DNA of 64,000 bases from Candidatus Borrarchaeum weybense (GTDB lineage: Archaea; Asgardarchaeota; Sifarchaeia; Borrarchaeales; Borrarchaeaceae). The DNA lies in the NCBI GenBank assembly GCA_019057385.1, contig JAHQJS010000004.1, positions 192,001 to 256,000 on the forward strand, in the 5' to 3' direction. The notes under the pieces are model-generated. The model did no database searches. It had not been told where the DNA came from and saw nothing but the letters and a program-made list of their open reading frames with translations. Below are positions 18,070 to 28,016 of this stretch, one piece after another (within the stretch, counting starts at the first letter, position 1; each line of letters opens with the position of its first letter). The position numbers and the translations under genes are program-made.

Positions 18070-18924
18070 GTGATGCCTGAAAACAATATTTTGAGATTAA
18101 CCATGCCATCTAAAAAATTATGTGTACATTTTTCTGCTGCCTCCTCACTCTCTTTCTATTGTCTTTTAAAACATGGCGTAATTCCAAATGAATATGCAGA
18201 GCGCGTGTGTAAAGGGGGCGAGTCCCTTATAGAGGCATGCATCAAGTCATATGAAATTGAGAAAGTAAAAAAGGCTATTGACGAGAACGTTACTATCAAT
18301 AAACTGATTACTGTAGAAAATATGAACTCAGAAGCTCAAAAATTAGAAGATACTTCTTCAACTTCGGACGAGGAAGAGACAGATTTTCTCGAAGAATTAT
18401 TACTGAAAGTTCCAAATGCTAAAAATCAACTTAAGAAGATAACCAAAACAACTCCGCCATCACCAACTCCAGCGCTACCATCAACACGACCAAAACTAAC
18501 TCCGCCTCCACCACAATCAGAAAAAACGATAATAAAAACTAAGAATTACCATGATCATGCCAAAGAATACGAGTCAATGGCTTTAAAAATGCGCGATTCT
18601 GAACTCTATTCTGAGGCCGCAATAGATATCTGCTGTGCGAGTTTGGCATGGATTCTTACAGGTGAAATCCCGCGAGCTATTCAATCACTAAAGAATTTTG
18701 TAGATACACTAGATGCCCATATGAAAGAACAAGTGGGGCGACACCCTGCATTCTTGATTTCAAGAGCTCTCATTGCTGCAGCTTATCATAAAGATCATGG
18801 AAAGTTCTACGAGGCCGAGGTTTATTTGCGTGATCTATACTCAAAATTGCAATACGGAGAAGACAAAACATTTATCGCAGAATCTATAAAAAAAATTGAA
18901 GAGATGCTAAAAAACCAATGGTAA
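18070..18924 (+). CDS. Hypothetical protein: Cys-containing N-domain, acidic and Pro-rich linker, TPR/SNAP-like helical C-domain
   Basis: C-x-H...C...C...C; STSDEEETDFLEELL; TPPSPTPALPSTRPKLTPPPP; AA...C.A.L..ILTG....A helical hairpins. Confidence 0.7.
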   Translation: MMPENNILRLTMPSKKLCVHFSAASSLSFYCLLKHGVIPNEYAERVCKGGESLIEACIKSYEIEKVKKAIDENVTINKLITVENMNSEAQKLEDTSSTSDEEETDFLEELLLKVPNAKNQLKKITKTTPPSPTPALPSTRPKLTPPPPQSEKTIIKTKNYHDHAKEYESMALKMRDSELYSEAAIDICCASLAWILTGEIPRAIQSLKNFVDTLDAHMKEQVGRHPAFLISRALIAAAYHKDHGKFYEAEVYLRDLYSKLQYGEDKTFIAESIKKIEEMLKNQW

Positions 18925-18968
18925 CTAGATCCCGCGTTATGTTCAATTTCAATTTTCTATTTCTATTC

Positions 18969-19559
18969 CTAGATTTTGGTGGTAATTTCAAGACCGTCGT
19001 TGCCTACGGGCACAAATTTGCTTGAGTATTTTTTTGACGAGCGAACATAATTCAAATACTCTTTCATCGACTCTGCAAAGCTGCCTGCATTGTCTGCAAC
19101 TAGTACGCTTCTCTTATGAAGTTTGTCTTCAATTAGTTTAAGATATTTAATGTATTCTCTTTTGGCGGCATCAATGAAAACTAAATCAAATTCACCTTCA
19201 AGTTTTGGAAGGATTTTGAGTGCATCACCAACTATTACATCGATTTTTGGTTTTATTCTAGCTTTTTTTATGTTCTCTTCCGCTATTTTCGCCTCGTCTT
19301 CGTCTATTTCAATTGTGGTTATTCTAGCCTCACTTTCTAGTTCTTTAGCCATTAAGATGGTCGAATAGCCAATAAGTGCTCCAATTTCCAATACTCGCTT
19401 AGGTTTGATCTCTCGAAGAACATCCATCAAAACCCTGCCTTTTTCAGGTCCAACAATTGGAAGATACTTTTTATTGGCTAGTTCTTCAATAGAATTTAAT
19501 ACTCTATCAGCTTGGTTCAAATTGATCACAAAAGCCATTGTAAGAAATAGAAAATTCAC
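18969..19559 (-). CDS. Class I SAM-dependent O-methyltransferase (COMT/YrrM-like); start probably a few codons downstream
   Basis: VLEIGALIGYST, FDLVFIDAAK..Y, VADN. Confidence 0.92.
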   Translation of the reverse strand: MNFLFLTMAFVINLNQADRVLNSIEELANKKYLPIVGPEKGRVLMDVLREIKPKRVLEIGALIGYSTILMAKELESEARITTIEIDEDEAKIAEENIKKARIKPKIDVIVGDALKILPKLEGEFDLVFIDAAKREYIKYLKLIEDKLHKRSVLVADNAGSFAESMKEYLNYVRSSKKYSSKFVPVGNDGLEITTKI

Positions 19560-19767
19560 AGCAATTCTTCAAAGCAAGAAAGGGGGATGTTACCCACTTT
19601 GGACACCTTCACGCATCGCTGGGGCTTGTGAAAGCAACGCGGCGGGTATTATTCCCCAACTGCAAATATGTGTTGTGAAACTTATAAAAATATGGGCTTA
19701 TATCATTCTGCTCTTGTATTGAATCAATGACTACAAGATGGCATAGCGTAACTTTCTAGTTAATTAG

Positions 19768-20862
19768 TTATAGAGACCAGTAAGCAGAATGGACGTTCTT
19801 AACTTCTTTCACAAAATTTTTCGCTTGTATCAAAATCGACTCATCATTTATCCATGTTGGCAGTGGAATAGGCTCTTCTAGAGAAAATTCAATATCTGAT
19901 AGCCCTAATATTATAGATATCCATCCGTAAGGGAGTATAATAGGATTGTATCCACTTCCAATTAAAGTAATTCCTTTTGATCCAGAAATTTGCATAATTT
20001 CTCTATGAATCTCTCCCATCCTTCTTAGTCCATTCAGAGACACTCCTAAATCTGTCAATTTATCAGAGAAATGAGGATCTGAACCTCCGTTTCTAATGAT
20101 TATCTCAGGCTTGAATTCTTTAACTAATGGTAAAACAATTTCTGAATAAGCTAGTTCATAGCAAGAATCGTTCCCATAAACTGGCATGGGAATGTTTACA
20201 TTGTATCCTTCTCCATCTCCTCTACCTACTTCTCTTATATAACCCGTACCTGGATAGAGTGTAGAAGGATTTTGGTGAATAGAAATGAATAATACTTCAG
20301 ACGTCTCAAAAAAAATATTCGCTGTTCCATCCCCATAATGGGCATCTGTGTCTAAAATCAAGATTCGCTTTATTTTCTCCTTTTTTCTTAGGTATTCTGC
20401 ACAAATAGCAACATCGTTCACGATGCAAAACCCACCACCTGAGTTTGGGAATGCATGGTGCATTCCTCCTCCTAAACCCACAGCAGCCGCAGCATTTCCT
20501 TCGAGTATATATTTTAAAGCATTTAAAGACGCACCAACAACGTGCTTTGCAGCTTCAAACATGCCTGGTCGAAGTGGAGTGTCTAATGAGAGCGGTTCAT
20601 ATCTTTTTTCTCCTTGTCTTATCATCTCAAGATATTCTTCATTGTGAACAAGCAATAAATCTTCAAAAGAACAAGGGCTCGATTGGATAATTTTAAGACG
20701 TGGGAGTTCATCTAGACCTAATTGTTTAAATGTGATCAGAAAGTCACTAAATCGTTTCCCTCGGAAGGGGTGACCTTCTCCAAAATCATATTTTGTGAGA
20801 TCTTCTGAGTACATTATCCCAACAACATTCACCCCTTGCCCTCCTCGCAACGTTACTTTCAA
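19768..20862 (-). CDS. Zn-dependent deacetylase, HDAC/AcuC family
   Basis: GEGHPF, GGGMHHA, GFCIVND, DTDAHYGDG, YPGTG, GSDPH, GSGY. Confidence 0.95.
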   Translation of the reverse strand: MKVTLRGGQGVNVVGIMYSEDLTKYDFGEGHPFRGKRFSDFLITFKQLGLDELPRLKIIQSSPCSFEDLLLVHNEEYLEMIRQGEKRYEPLSLDTPLRPGMFEAAKHVVGASLNALKYILEGNAAAAVGLGGGMHHAFPNSGGGFCIVNDVAICAEYLRKKEKIKRILILDTDAHYGDGTANIFFETSEVLFISIHQNPSTLYPGTGYIREVGRGDGEGYNVNIPMPVYGNDSCYELAYSEIVLPLVKEFKPEIIIRNGGSDPHFSDKLTDLGVSLNGLRRMGEIHREIMQISGSKGITLIGSGYNPIILPYGWISIILGLSDIEFSLEEPIPLPTWINDESILIQAKNFVKEVKNVHSAYWSL

Positions 20863-20890
20863 ATATGATTAGCTTATTGTATATAAAACC

Positions 20891-22126
20891 GTGGGTGAAA
20901 TGGTGAAATACGACGTCATAGTTGTAGGGGCAGGTCCTGCTGGTTCAACAGCTGCAAAAGAAATGGCTAATAAAGGGCTTAAGGTGATTGTTCTTGAGAA
21001 ACATCGCCTCGACAGGGAAAAACCGTGTGCAGGTGGCGTAACAGAGCGAGCAATACAAAGATTTCAAATTCCTGAGAGCATTTTTGATCGATCTTGTGAC
21101 AAGTTATTCTTATGCTCTCCAAAAGGTAAAACAGTTACACTCACCTATCCTGAACGTATAGTAGCTACAACTATGCGAGCCAAACTTGATAAAACTCTCG
21201 CTGATCAAGCAAGTGATCAAGGCGCCGAGTTCAGAGAAAATACTAGAGTTATTGGTATAATTACTGCAAATGGATCTGTAAAAGGTATTAAAGCAAAAAC
21301 GTCAAATGGTTCAAGTGATATTTATGGAGACCTAACAGTTATTGCGAGCGGAACTCCCAGTATATTAACTAAACATCTTGGCTTACAAACAAGTAATAAA
21401 CACTCTCAAGCACTTTGTTATCAATATCAGATGGCAATGGATGAAAAACTTATTGATGATTTAGTTGGCAATCAAATAGAGGTCTATTATGGATCAGATA
21501 TAGCCCCTGGAGGCTATGCTTGGATTTTTCCTAAAAAAGACATTGTTTCGGTAGGCATGGGTACGTGGCTAGAGTTTTTTAAAGGGACAGATATTCGCTT
21601 AAGGGAAAGATTAGATAACTTTATCAGAAATCATTCGGTAGCAAGTGGAAAACTAGCAGATGCAAAAATACTTTACCCGCAAGCCGCTATGATTTCTTTT
21701 CTTGGAGTAATAAAGAGAAATTACGGAAACGGATTTATGGTTGCAGGTGAGGCTGCCGGACACGTTGATTTTGCAAACGGTGAGGGTATTTATTACTCGA
21801 TGATGTCTGGTGAGCATGCAGGAAAAGTCGCATTAAGTGCTTATAACGCTGAAGATTATTCAGCTGATTTTCTCAGGAAATATAAAATTGCGATCGACAA
21901 AGAGATCGAAAAAGATCTTAAAGCATCCTTTAATATAAGAAGGAATATGTTAACAACTAATAAGCAGCAGGAATTTACTGTAGATACTGCTCTTAAAAAC
22001 CGAGGATTCGGAGATCACCTTTGTAAATACATGCGCGGCGAGGTTTCGCCGAGTGATTTTAAATGGTATGCTTTGAAACACCCTGTGTTTCTTTTGAAAA
22101 TGATCTTTGCGCGCTTTAGATCATGA
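20891..22126 (+). CDS. Geranylgeranyl reductase family FAD oxidoreductase
   Basis: GAGPAGS, KPCAGG, GGYAWIFPK, AGEAAG...GEGIYY. Confidence 0.92.
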   Translation: MGEMVKYDVIVVGAGPAGSTAAKEMANKGLKVIVLEKHRLDREKPCAGGVTERAIQRFQIPESIFDRSCDKLFLCSPKGKTVTLTYPERIVATTMRAKLDKTLADQASDQGAEFRENTRVIGIITANGSVKGIKAKTSNGSSDIYGDLTVIASGTPSILTKHLGLQTSNKHSQALCYQYQMAMDEKLIDDLVGNQIEVYYGSDIAPGGYAWIFPKKDIVSVGMGTWLEFFKGTDIRLRERLDNFIRNHSVASGKLADAKILYPQAAMISFLGVIKRNYGNGFMVAGEAAGHVDFANGEGIYYSMMSGEHAGKVALSAYNAEDYSADFLRKYKIAIDKEIEKDLKASFNIRRNMLTTNKQQEFTVDTALKNRGFGDHLCKYMRGEVSPSDFKWYALKHPVFLLKMIFARFRS

Positions 22127-23362
22127 TTTTGGAGCAGGGATAAGTTGTCTGTAGACATTATTAGCAAGTATTTTAGCTTTTTCTATTGTTATTTCTCTTT
22201 CTTGGCCAGTAACGAAAACGGTACATACCGGATTCGACGGTTCAAGAATGATGCCTTCAACTGGTACATCTACGATATGAGGCATATTTGACAGGTTTGG
22301 AATAATTATTCTCTTTTTTGCATAAAGTATCATTTTTACGGCATAACCTTTTGATTCAAGAGCTTTTTCAGGTAAATTGCCATTAAACGCCTCAATGTGC
22401 AATTTTACTAGATTTGATGATGTAACTGCTTCTATACATTCGAGAGAGCCTTGAAATCGTGGATTAAGTTCGATTAAATAAGGTTGATCACCTCTAATAA
22501 CAAAATCGAATCCATTCGAACCTAAGAGCCCTAATTTTGAACCTAATTCTTCAGAAATACTTTTTATATTATCGATAACTGTTGTTGAATTTTTTAGTGG
22601 AACAATATTTCCGCAATAGCCAAAAGGCATGGAAACTCCTAATTCTGATCTTCCAATTACTTGTTCTGTTACCGAAACAGCTTGACAATCCTTACCTGTT
22701 CCAAGTACTGAACAACTTGCATCAATGCCTTGAATAAATTCTTGAATAAGAATCTTTTTCCCCGAATTTCTTAACTCGTTATATGCCCTATGAAGCTCAT
22801 CTAAATTTGTAATTAATTTAACAAAGAGTCCGCCTGCGCTTCTTGGCGTAGTGAGTACAATTGGATAACCAATATTTTTTGCAATTTCAAGTGCTTCCTC
22901 TGTTTCTTTTACTTCTATAGTCTGTGGGCATTCGATTCCTAATTTCGAGGCTAATCTATAGATACTCAAACGGTCTGAATGACTGATTATCTCTGGAGTA
23001 TTTCCAATAACAGGTGCAATTTTACCAAATCGTTGCCATATTTTAGGTTCATCATCAAAACCGCTGCCTATAAGCAAGAATTTTATCTTTCCATAATAAT
23101 CATCAGCCATTGTTTCGGCTAGGAGGCACATGTATTCAGAAATTGGGCGGAGAAATTTTCTTTTTATTGGATGACTTTTTCTTTGCCGTATAACTGAAAA
23201 AACATGTTCTGCAACAGACCTAAGATCTAAATCTCCAAAAAAGTCAATCGCAAGGACATCATAATTTGCTTTTTTAGCAGAAGTCGCAATGGGTCTTGCA
23301 TTGAACGCAACAACTAAACAGAAGTTGCGATCGTTTTTAGAGTATGTGATATCTTCTTCCAT
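22121..23362 (-). CDS. ATP-grasp fold ligase (COG2232-like)
   Basis: R..A.SA...Y.V.AIDFFGD.DL, QEFIQG..AS, FGYCGN, GSNGFDF, IELNPRFQGS. Confidence 0.85.
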   Translation of the reverse strand: MEEDITYSKNDRNFCLVVAFNARPIATSAKKANYDVLAIDFFGDLDLRSVAEHVFSVIRQRKSHPIKRKFLRPISEYMCLLAETMADDYYGKIKFLLIGSGFDDEPKIWQRFGKIAPVIGNTPEIISHSDRLSIYRLASKLGIECPQTIEVKETEEALEIAKNIGYPIVLTTPRSAGGLFVKLITNLDELHRAYNELRNSGKKILIQEFIQGIDASCSVLGTGKDCQAVSVTEQVIGRSELGVSMPFGYCGNIVPLKNSTTVIDNIKSISEELGSKLGLLGSNGFDFVIRGDQPYLIELNPRFQGSLECIEAVTSSNLVKLHIEAFNGNLPEKALESKGYAVKMILYAKKRIIIPNLSNMPHIVDVPVEGIILEPSNPVCTVFVTGQEREITIEKAKILANNVYRQLIPAPKS

Positions 23363-23509
23363 TATCTTCCCACTAGAATAATAAATACACTAACGAAATC
23401 TTCATTAATAAATTGAAATGAAGTTCATAATGTTAGCATCATTAGAGAATATTGTTAGGACATCTATCTCAAAAAATTATCATATTAAATCTAAATCTAG
23501 GGGGATTAA

Positions 23510-23971
23510 TTGAGCTTAAGTGAAGAAGATTATTGGGCCAGGCTGGCTTATGAAGCAAAACATGTTAAAAGTGAAGAACCTGGGTTCAAACCTGAAAAAG
23601 GGGATATTCGTAAATGGCATGGTTTCATCCTTGGTACTGAATTGTACGAAGGTGGGGTTTTTCAGATCGAAATTGAAATCCCTAGACAATTTCCTTTCGC
23701 ACCTCCACATGTAAGATGGCTCACAGAAATCTGGCATCCGAATATTTACAAAGAAAAAGTTTGTGTTGGATTACTAGGTAAGGATTGGTCCCCCTCAAAT
23801 AGCTTAGTTGATGTCATTGAGACTCTTAGAATATTATTAGCAGCGCCAAACCCTGCAGATCCTCTAAACACTTCTGCTGCTAATCAGATGGAAAATGATC
23901 TAGAACGCTTCAAGAAGACTGTTAAAGATTTTATTGAGCAATATGCTACTTGGGAAAAATTACAAAATTGA
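23510..23971 (+). CDS. Ubiquitin-conjugating enzyme E2
   Basis: YEGGVF, FPFAPP, WHPNI....VC (catalytic Cys), DWSP, PNPADPLN..AA. Confidence 0.95.
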   Translation: MSLSEEDYWARLAYEAKHVKSEEPGFKPEKGDIRKWHGFILGTELYEGGVFQIEIEIPRQFPFAPPHVRWLTEIWHPNIYKEKVCVGLLGKDWSPSNSLVDVIETLRILLAAPNPADPLNTSAANQMENDLERFKKTVKDFIEQYATWEKLQN

Positions 23972-24094
23972 CAAACTCTCTCAAAATAAATACAAATCCA
24001 TTGTGCATCCTATTTTTAAGTTTTAATAATTGTTAATCTGCTAATCTAAAATCAAGAATCTCTGGGATGATTGTGTCTCCTTTCGGTGATCAAA

Positions 24095-25105
24095 ATGAGT
24101 GAAAATGGCGATAGATATCATAGGCAAACTATAATGCCGAACTGGGATCAAAATAAGATTTCTAATGCTACAATATTCCTTGCTGGAGTTGGAGCACTTG
24201 GATGTGTTGTAGCAGAGATATTAACTATGATGGGTGTTGGTAAATTGGTAATTGTGGATTTTGATACTGTTGAACTTTCAAATTTGAACCGTCAATGGCT
24301 ATTCCGTGACGAGGATATTGGAAAATCAAAAGCTTTGGTCGCAAAAGAACATCTTAAAATACTAAATCCTTCTGTCGATGTTATTGCCTTTAATCAAAAG
24401 ATAGAGGACATTCCAGATCGTATTTATGCAATGTGCGATCTGATTGTTTCCTCTTTAGATACCTTTGAGGCACGCCGCTGGTTAAATTCAATGTGTGTTT
24501 CTGTAGGAAAACCATTAATTGATGCAGGTCTTTACGAATTCTTTGGTCATGTTCAGGTAATTATCCCTGGGTCAGATGCTGCATGTCTTGAATGTCAACC
24601 CCTAATCCCCGAAACTCGATTACAGCAAGTTTGTACCCTCCCTGGTGAACCGAGGAAGAAAGAAAGGGATGAACCGAAGGAGGTATTTCCATCTGTTGGA
24701 ACGATTTCTGCCGTAATTGGAGGAATTATGAGCCAAGAAATTGTGAAACTGCTATTAGGGCTTGGGAATCCTATTGGATATCTCTTTTACGATGGTCTTT
24801 CTGAAGAATTCACAAAACTTGATCTTAGTAGAAGATTAGATTGCTTTGTATGTGGTGAAAAGTGGAAACTTGATGAATTAAGATATTTCGCAGAAGGAGA
24901 TGAAAAAATAGGCGAACTACGGAAAAGAATAGCATTGATCTACGGTCTCGCTGATCCTACAATGATAGTGGGAACAAAAATAGTTGATGACGAAATGAGT
25001 ATTACTGAAGCGGAAATATCTGAGCATGCGCTGATCTTCGTTATAGATGCGACTGTGGCTAAACCGATACGAATAAGAGTTGTCTTAACTCATAATTCTG
25101 TTTGA
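24095..25105 (+). CDS. Ubiquitin-activating enzyme E1-like (ThiF/MoeB family) with catalytic Cys and C-terminal extension
   Basis: RYHRQ, GVGALG, DFDTVELSNLNRQWLF, CLEC/CFVC Zn site, CTLPGEPR; GGTGA RBS before ATG 24095. Confidence 0.92.
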   Translation: MSENGDRYHRQTIMPNWDQNKISNATIFLAGVGALGCVVAEILTMMGVGKLVIVDFDTVELSNLNRQWLFRDEDIGKSKALVAKEHLKILNPSVDVIAFNQKIEDIPDRIYAMCDLIVSSLDTFEARRWLNSMCVSVGKPLIDAGLYEFFGHVQVIIPGSDAACLECQPLIPETRLQQVCTLPGEPRKKERDEPKEVFPSVGTISAVIGGIMSQEIVKLLLGLGNPIGYLFYDGLSEEFTKLDLSRRLDCFVCGEKWKLDELRYFAEGDEKIGELRKRIALIYGLADPTMIVGTKIVDDEMSITEAEISEHALIFVIDATVAKPIRIRVVLTHNSV

Positions 25106-25151
25106 TATTATAATTTTTTTCTAGAATCAAGATTAATTGGAAGGAAATCTA

Positions 25152-25955
25152 ATGTCTTTTAAACTAGCTATCGTTGGCAAAGGGGGTGTAGGAAAGACCT
25201 TTTTAGCGGGAACTTTAGCAAGGTTATTTGCGAAAGATGGTAAAAATGTTCTTGCAATAGATGCCGATCCTAATTTAAATTTGCATGCAACATTAGGCGG
25301 TATTTCTAAAACAAAGATGAAAAACCTAACACCAATTCGCGAGATGAAAGACCTCATTGAGGAGAGGACGGGCGTTCCTGCAGGGACGTCAGGCATGTTT
25401 GTTCTAAATCCAAAAGTGGATGACATTCCTGATAAATATCATGTTAAATCCGAGGATGGAGTTAAACTTATTGTTCTTGGAACCATCAAGACTGCTGGAG
25501 GCGGCTGTATCTGTCCAGAAAGTGCTCTTTTGCGCGCATTGTTAAGCCACATTATTTTACATCGCGACGAAGTTGTTATAATAGACTTTTATGCAGGTCT
25601 TGAGCATTTAGGGCGAGGCACAAGTAAAGGCGTTGACGCTATGATAATTGTCGTGGAACCAGGAACTAGATCGCTCGATCTAGCAAAAAGAATCAATTCT
25701 CTTGCAGCAAGTCTTGGAGTCCCTCGACGTTATTTCGTTGGAAATAGAATTTCAAATAAACAAGAAGAGGAATTCCTGCTTAATTCAAGCAAAGAGTTAG
25801 AATTGGAGTTATTGGGGCTCATCCCTTATGATACCGAAGTAATTCAATCCGATATTAAAGGCATAGCGCCAATTGACTTTGCCCCAGAATGCCCAGCGCT
25901 CGTTGCGATTCAAAACATCAAAGAAATACTAGAAAAGAAACTTGCTTCTCAGTGA
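25152..25955 (+). CDS. cooC: CO dehydrogenase/ACS nickel-insertion ATPase CooC/AcsF
   Basis: GKGGVGKT, DADPN.NL, GGGCICP, AGLEHLGRGT..GVD. Confidence 0.93.
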   Translation: MSFKLAIVGKGGVGKTFLAGTLARLFAKDGKNVLAIDADPNLNLHATLGGISKTKMKNLTPIREMKDLIEERTGVPAGTSGMFVLNPKVDDIPDKYHVKSEDGVKLIVLGTIKTAGGGCICPESALLRALLSHIILHRDEVVIIDFYAGLEHLGRGTSKGVDAMIIVVEPGTRSLDLAKRINSLAASLGVPRRYFVGNRISNKQEEEFLLNSSKELELELLGLIPYDTEVIQSDIKGIAPIDFAPECPALVAIQNIKEILEKKLASQ

Positions 25956-26084
25956 AATAAGAGCTATCGGGCAGAATTGAAGTATTGAACATCTAGATTT
26001 TTGCTAGGAGTAATTCATTTCAGGTATATCTAACGTATTGCTAGAGATAATACGAATATTAAATACTTCAATCTTAGTTTGTAA

Positions 26085-26798
26085 ATGTATAATCACTTTT
26101 TGACGGCGACAAAAATGACTCAATCTGAAATTGAAGTTGATGGAAACATCATTATCAATGGAAAGGCGTATCCTGCTATTGAACTTCTAAAAGCAATTAA
26201 CAGGTCAGTCGCACTTTCTTTCGATAATGAAACTGCACAATTGATACTTAATGATATGCCTATTAAGCCGGTTAATAGTTCTACAAGAAAAAACGTGTTT
26301 TCTCTTTTATGTTATCACAGCTTAGCGTATTGTTGCCCTAGAACTCATAAATGTGATAAACGTGACGCTACATTGAAAATGCTTAATATCTCGCCAGATG
26401 AGTATTCTCGTATTAAAGATGAGCATCATTCACTTTTTCTAGAATTTGAACACACGCATTCACATACCACTTACAGTGAGAATTCACCGTCACGTGTTGA
26501 TGATAATTTAGATCTTTCATCCTTTTTTGGTAGTCCAAATGAAGATTCAAAGACAGAAAAAGAAAATACAGAGGATTTCCTTAAGGAATTTCTCTCAGGG
26601 AATGATTTCGACAGCAATAGTATGTGGGATAGTTCTTTAAACCAAAATGAAGTCCGTTATGGAAGAAAAAATGTTCCTCCATCAACAGAAACAGGTTTAC
26701 GTAACTTGAGTTATTCTGGCAAATGTCCACGCTGTAGAAAGCGAAACTCTCCTGATGATAAATTCTGTTCTCGTTGTGGAGCGGAACTTAGAGATTAA
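26085..26798 (+). CDS. Hypothetical protein: Cys-rich domain (methanogenesis marker 9-like motif), disordered acidic linker, C-terminal zinc ribbon
   Basis: CYHSLAYCC.....C..RD..L......EY...K; CPRC...N.....FCSRCG. Confidence 0.75.
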   Translation: MYNHFLTATKMTQSEIEVDGNIIINGKAYPAIELLKAINRSVALSFDNETAQLILNDMPIKPVNSSTRKNVFSLLCYHSLAYCCPRTHKCDKRDATLKMLNISPDEYSRIKDEHHSLFLEFEHTHSHTTYSENSPSRVDDNLDLSSFFGSPNEDSKTEKENTEDFLKEFLSGNDFDSNSMWDSSLNQNEVRYGRKNVPPSTETGLRNLSYSGKCPRCRKRNSPDDKFCSRCGAELRD

Positions 26799-26933
26799 TA
26801 AGTTCTTAAATACTCTAAATTGCTCCCTAATCAGCCGTTTTTCAAGAATCATCCAATTGGCGAGACTCTATCCAAGTCTAGTAGCATGATCAACGAAGTG
26901 TGGTCTTATTCAACTAGTATACATTGAATCTTG

Positions 26934-27944
26934 TTAAGTTAATCCAAGATGGAGTTCTCGTCTCTCCTTGTAAGTCTGAGGGTAGCCCTCTAAAAGGAAC
27001 AGATACGTAGCATTAATGTCTGCTTTCATTTTTTCTAAAGTCTCAATTTCTGGGTCCGTAACTCCCCAATTGAAAATACTATACTTTCTTCCAATTCGAT
27101 TTAAATCGCGTGTGAAAGCTAATTCTGAAAGAACTCTTTCATAATCTGGGGTTTCAGGCTGTGGGAGTGTAGCTGTAAGCGGTAAAACATTGAATAATAA
27201 TTGATCTGCAATATCAGATAACTTCATCACGTCTTGTCCAAAAAATTTTTTAGCTCCTTCAATATAATCGGTTTCGGGGTCAATATCGACGGTAAGGAGA
27301 ACTTCAATATCTGGATTTAATTCCTTGATTGAACTTGTAGTGTTAGAAAGGAATGTAGTTATTTTATTGGCTCGCCATTCATACCATTGAGAAAGGATGT
27401 CCGGGTCATTGAGTAATGTATCAAACACGAATTCTCTCTCTAAGTTCGTTAATTCTGAAAATTCTTTTCTACATGTTTCACAAAAACAAAACTCTTGTCT
27501 AGCAAATTGATTATCCATCAGTATAATACCATTTATTGGATATGTGAGGATTTCCTTGATTACAGCCATAAGATATTTCCAGTACGACTCTTGGACGGGG
27601 CATACGAAAGTGCCTACGGGAGCTCTGGTAATACCAGATCTATATGCACCATATTTTGGATCCTGAGCAAAATAATTGTCTACAAAGGTTGAAACTATTG
27701 CATAAGCCTCTACGGCGATGTCAGAGGCAATCTGGGTAAAGGAAGAGAAAAATTCGGAATAGCGATCGTCGCTCGGTGCGCTCATACTTCTATAAAGTGT
27801 GTATCCAGTATCTCTCTTCGCCATTAACGCAATTCGCTCTAAAAAACTCCCATAACTCGCGAAAAACTCATCGGAAGTCTCTTTAAGCGTATAAGGGTCA
27901 AGTACGGGGATATGTCCTCTTGTTAATATTTCACGGAGTTCCAT
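26934..27944 (-). CDS. Glycoside hydrolase-like TIM-barrel protein (GHL10-like), function uncertain
   Basis: CP....W.Y....I.E....PINGI, CFCETC..EF, W.EWR...IT.F, GQD. Confidence 0.6.
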   Translation of the reverse strand: MELREILTRGHIPVLDPYTLKETSDEFFASYGSFLERIALMAKRDTGYTLYRSMSAPSDDRYSEFFSSFTQIASDIAVEAYAIVSTFVDNYFAQDPKYGAYRSGITRAPVGTFVCPVQESYWKYLMAVIKEILTYPINGIILMDNQFARQEFCFCETCRKEFSELTNLEREFVFDTLLNDPDILSQWYEWRANKITTFLSNTTSSIKELNPDIEVLLTVDIDPETDYIEGAKKFFGQDVMKLSDIADQLLFNVLPLTATLPQPETPDYERVLSELAFTRDLNRIGRKYSIFNWGVTDPEIETLEKMKADINATYLFLLEGYPQTYKERRELHLGLT

Positions 27945-28016
27945 AAGATCACCATTAATTAGAAATAAACCATAAGAGAACTATGCAATTCTTAGATTTA
28001 ACATTTTCCGTCTCTA

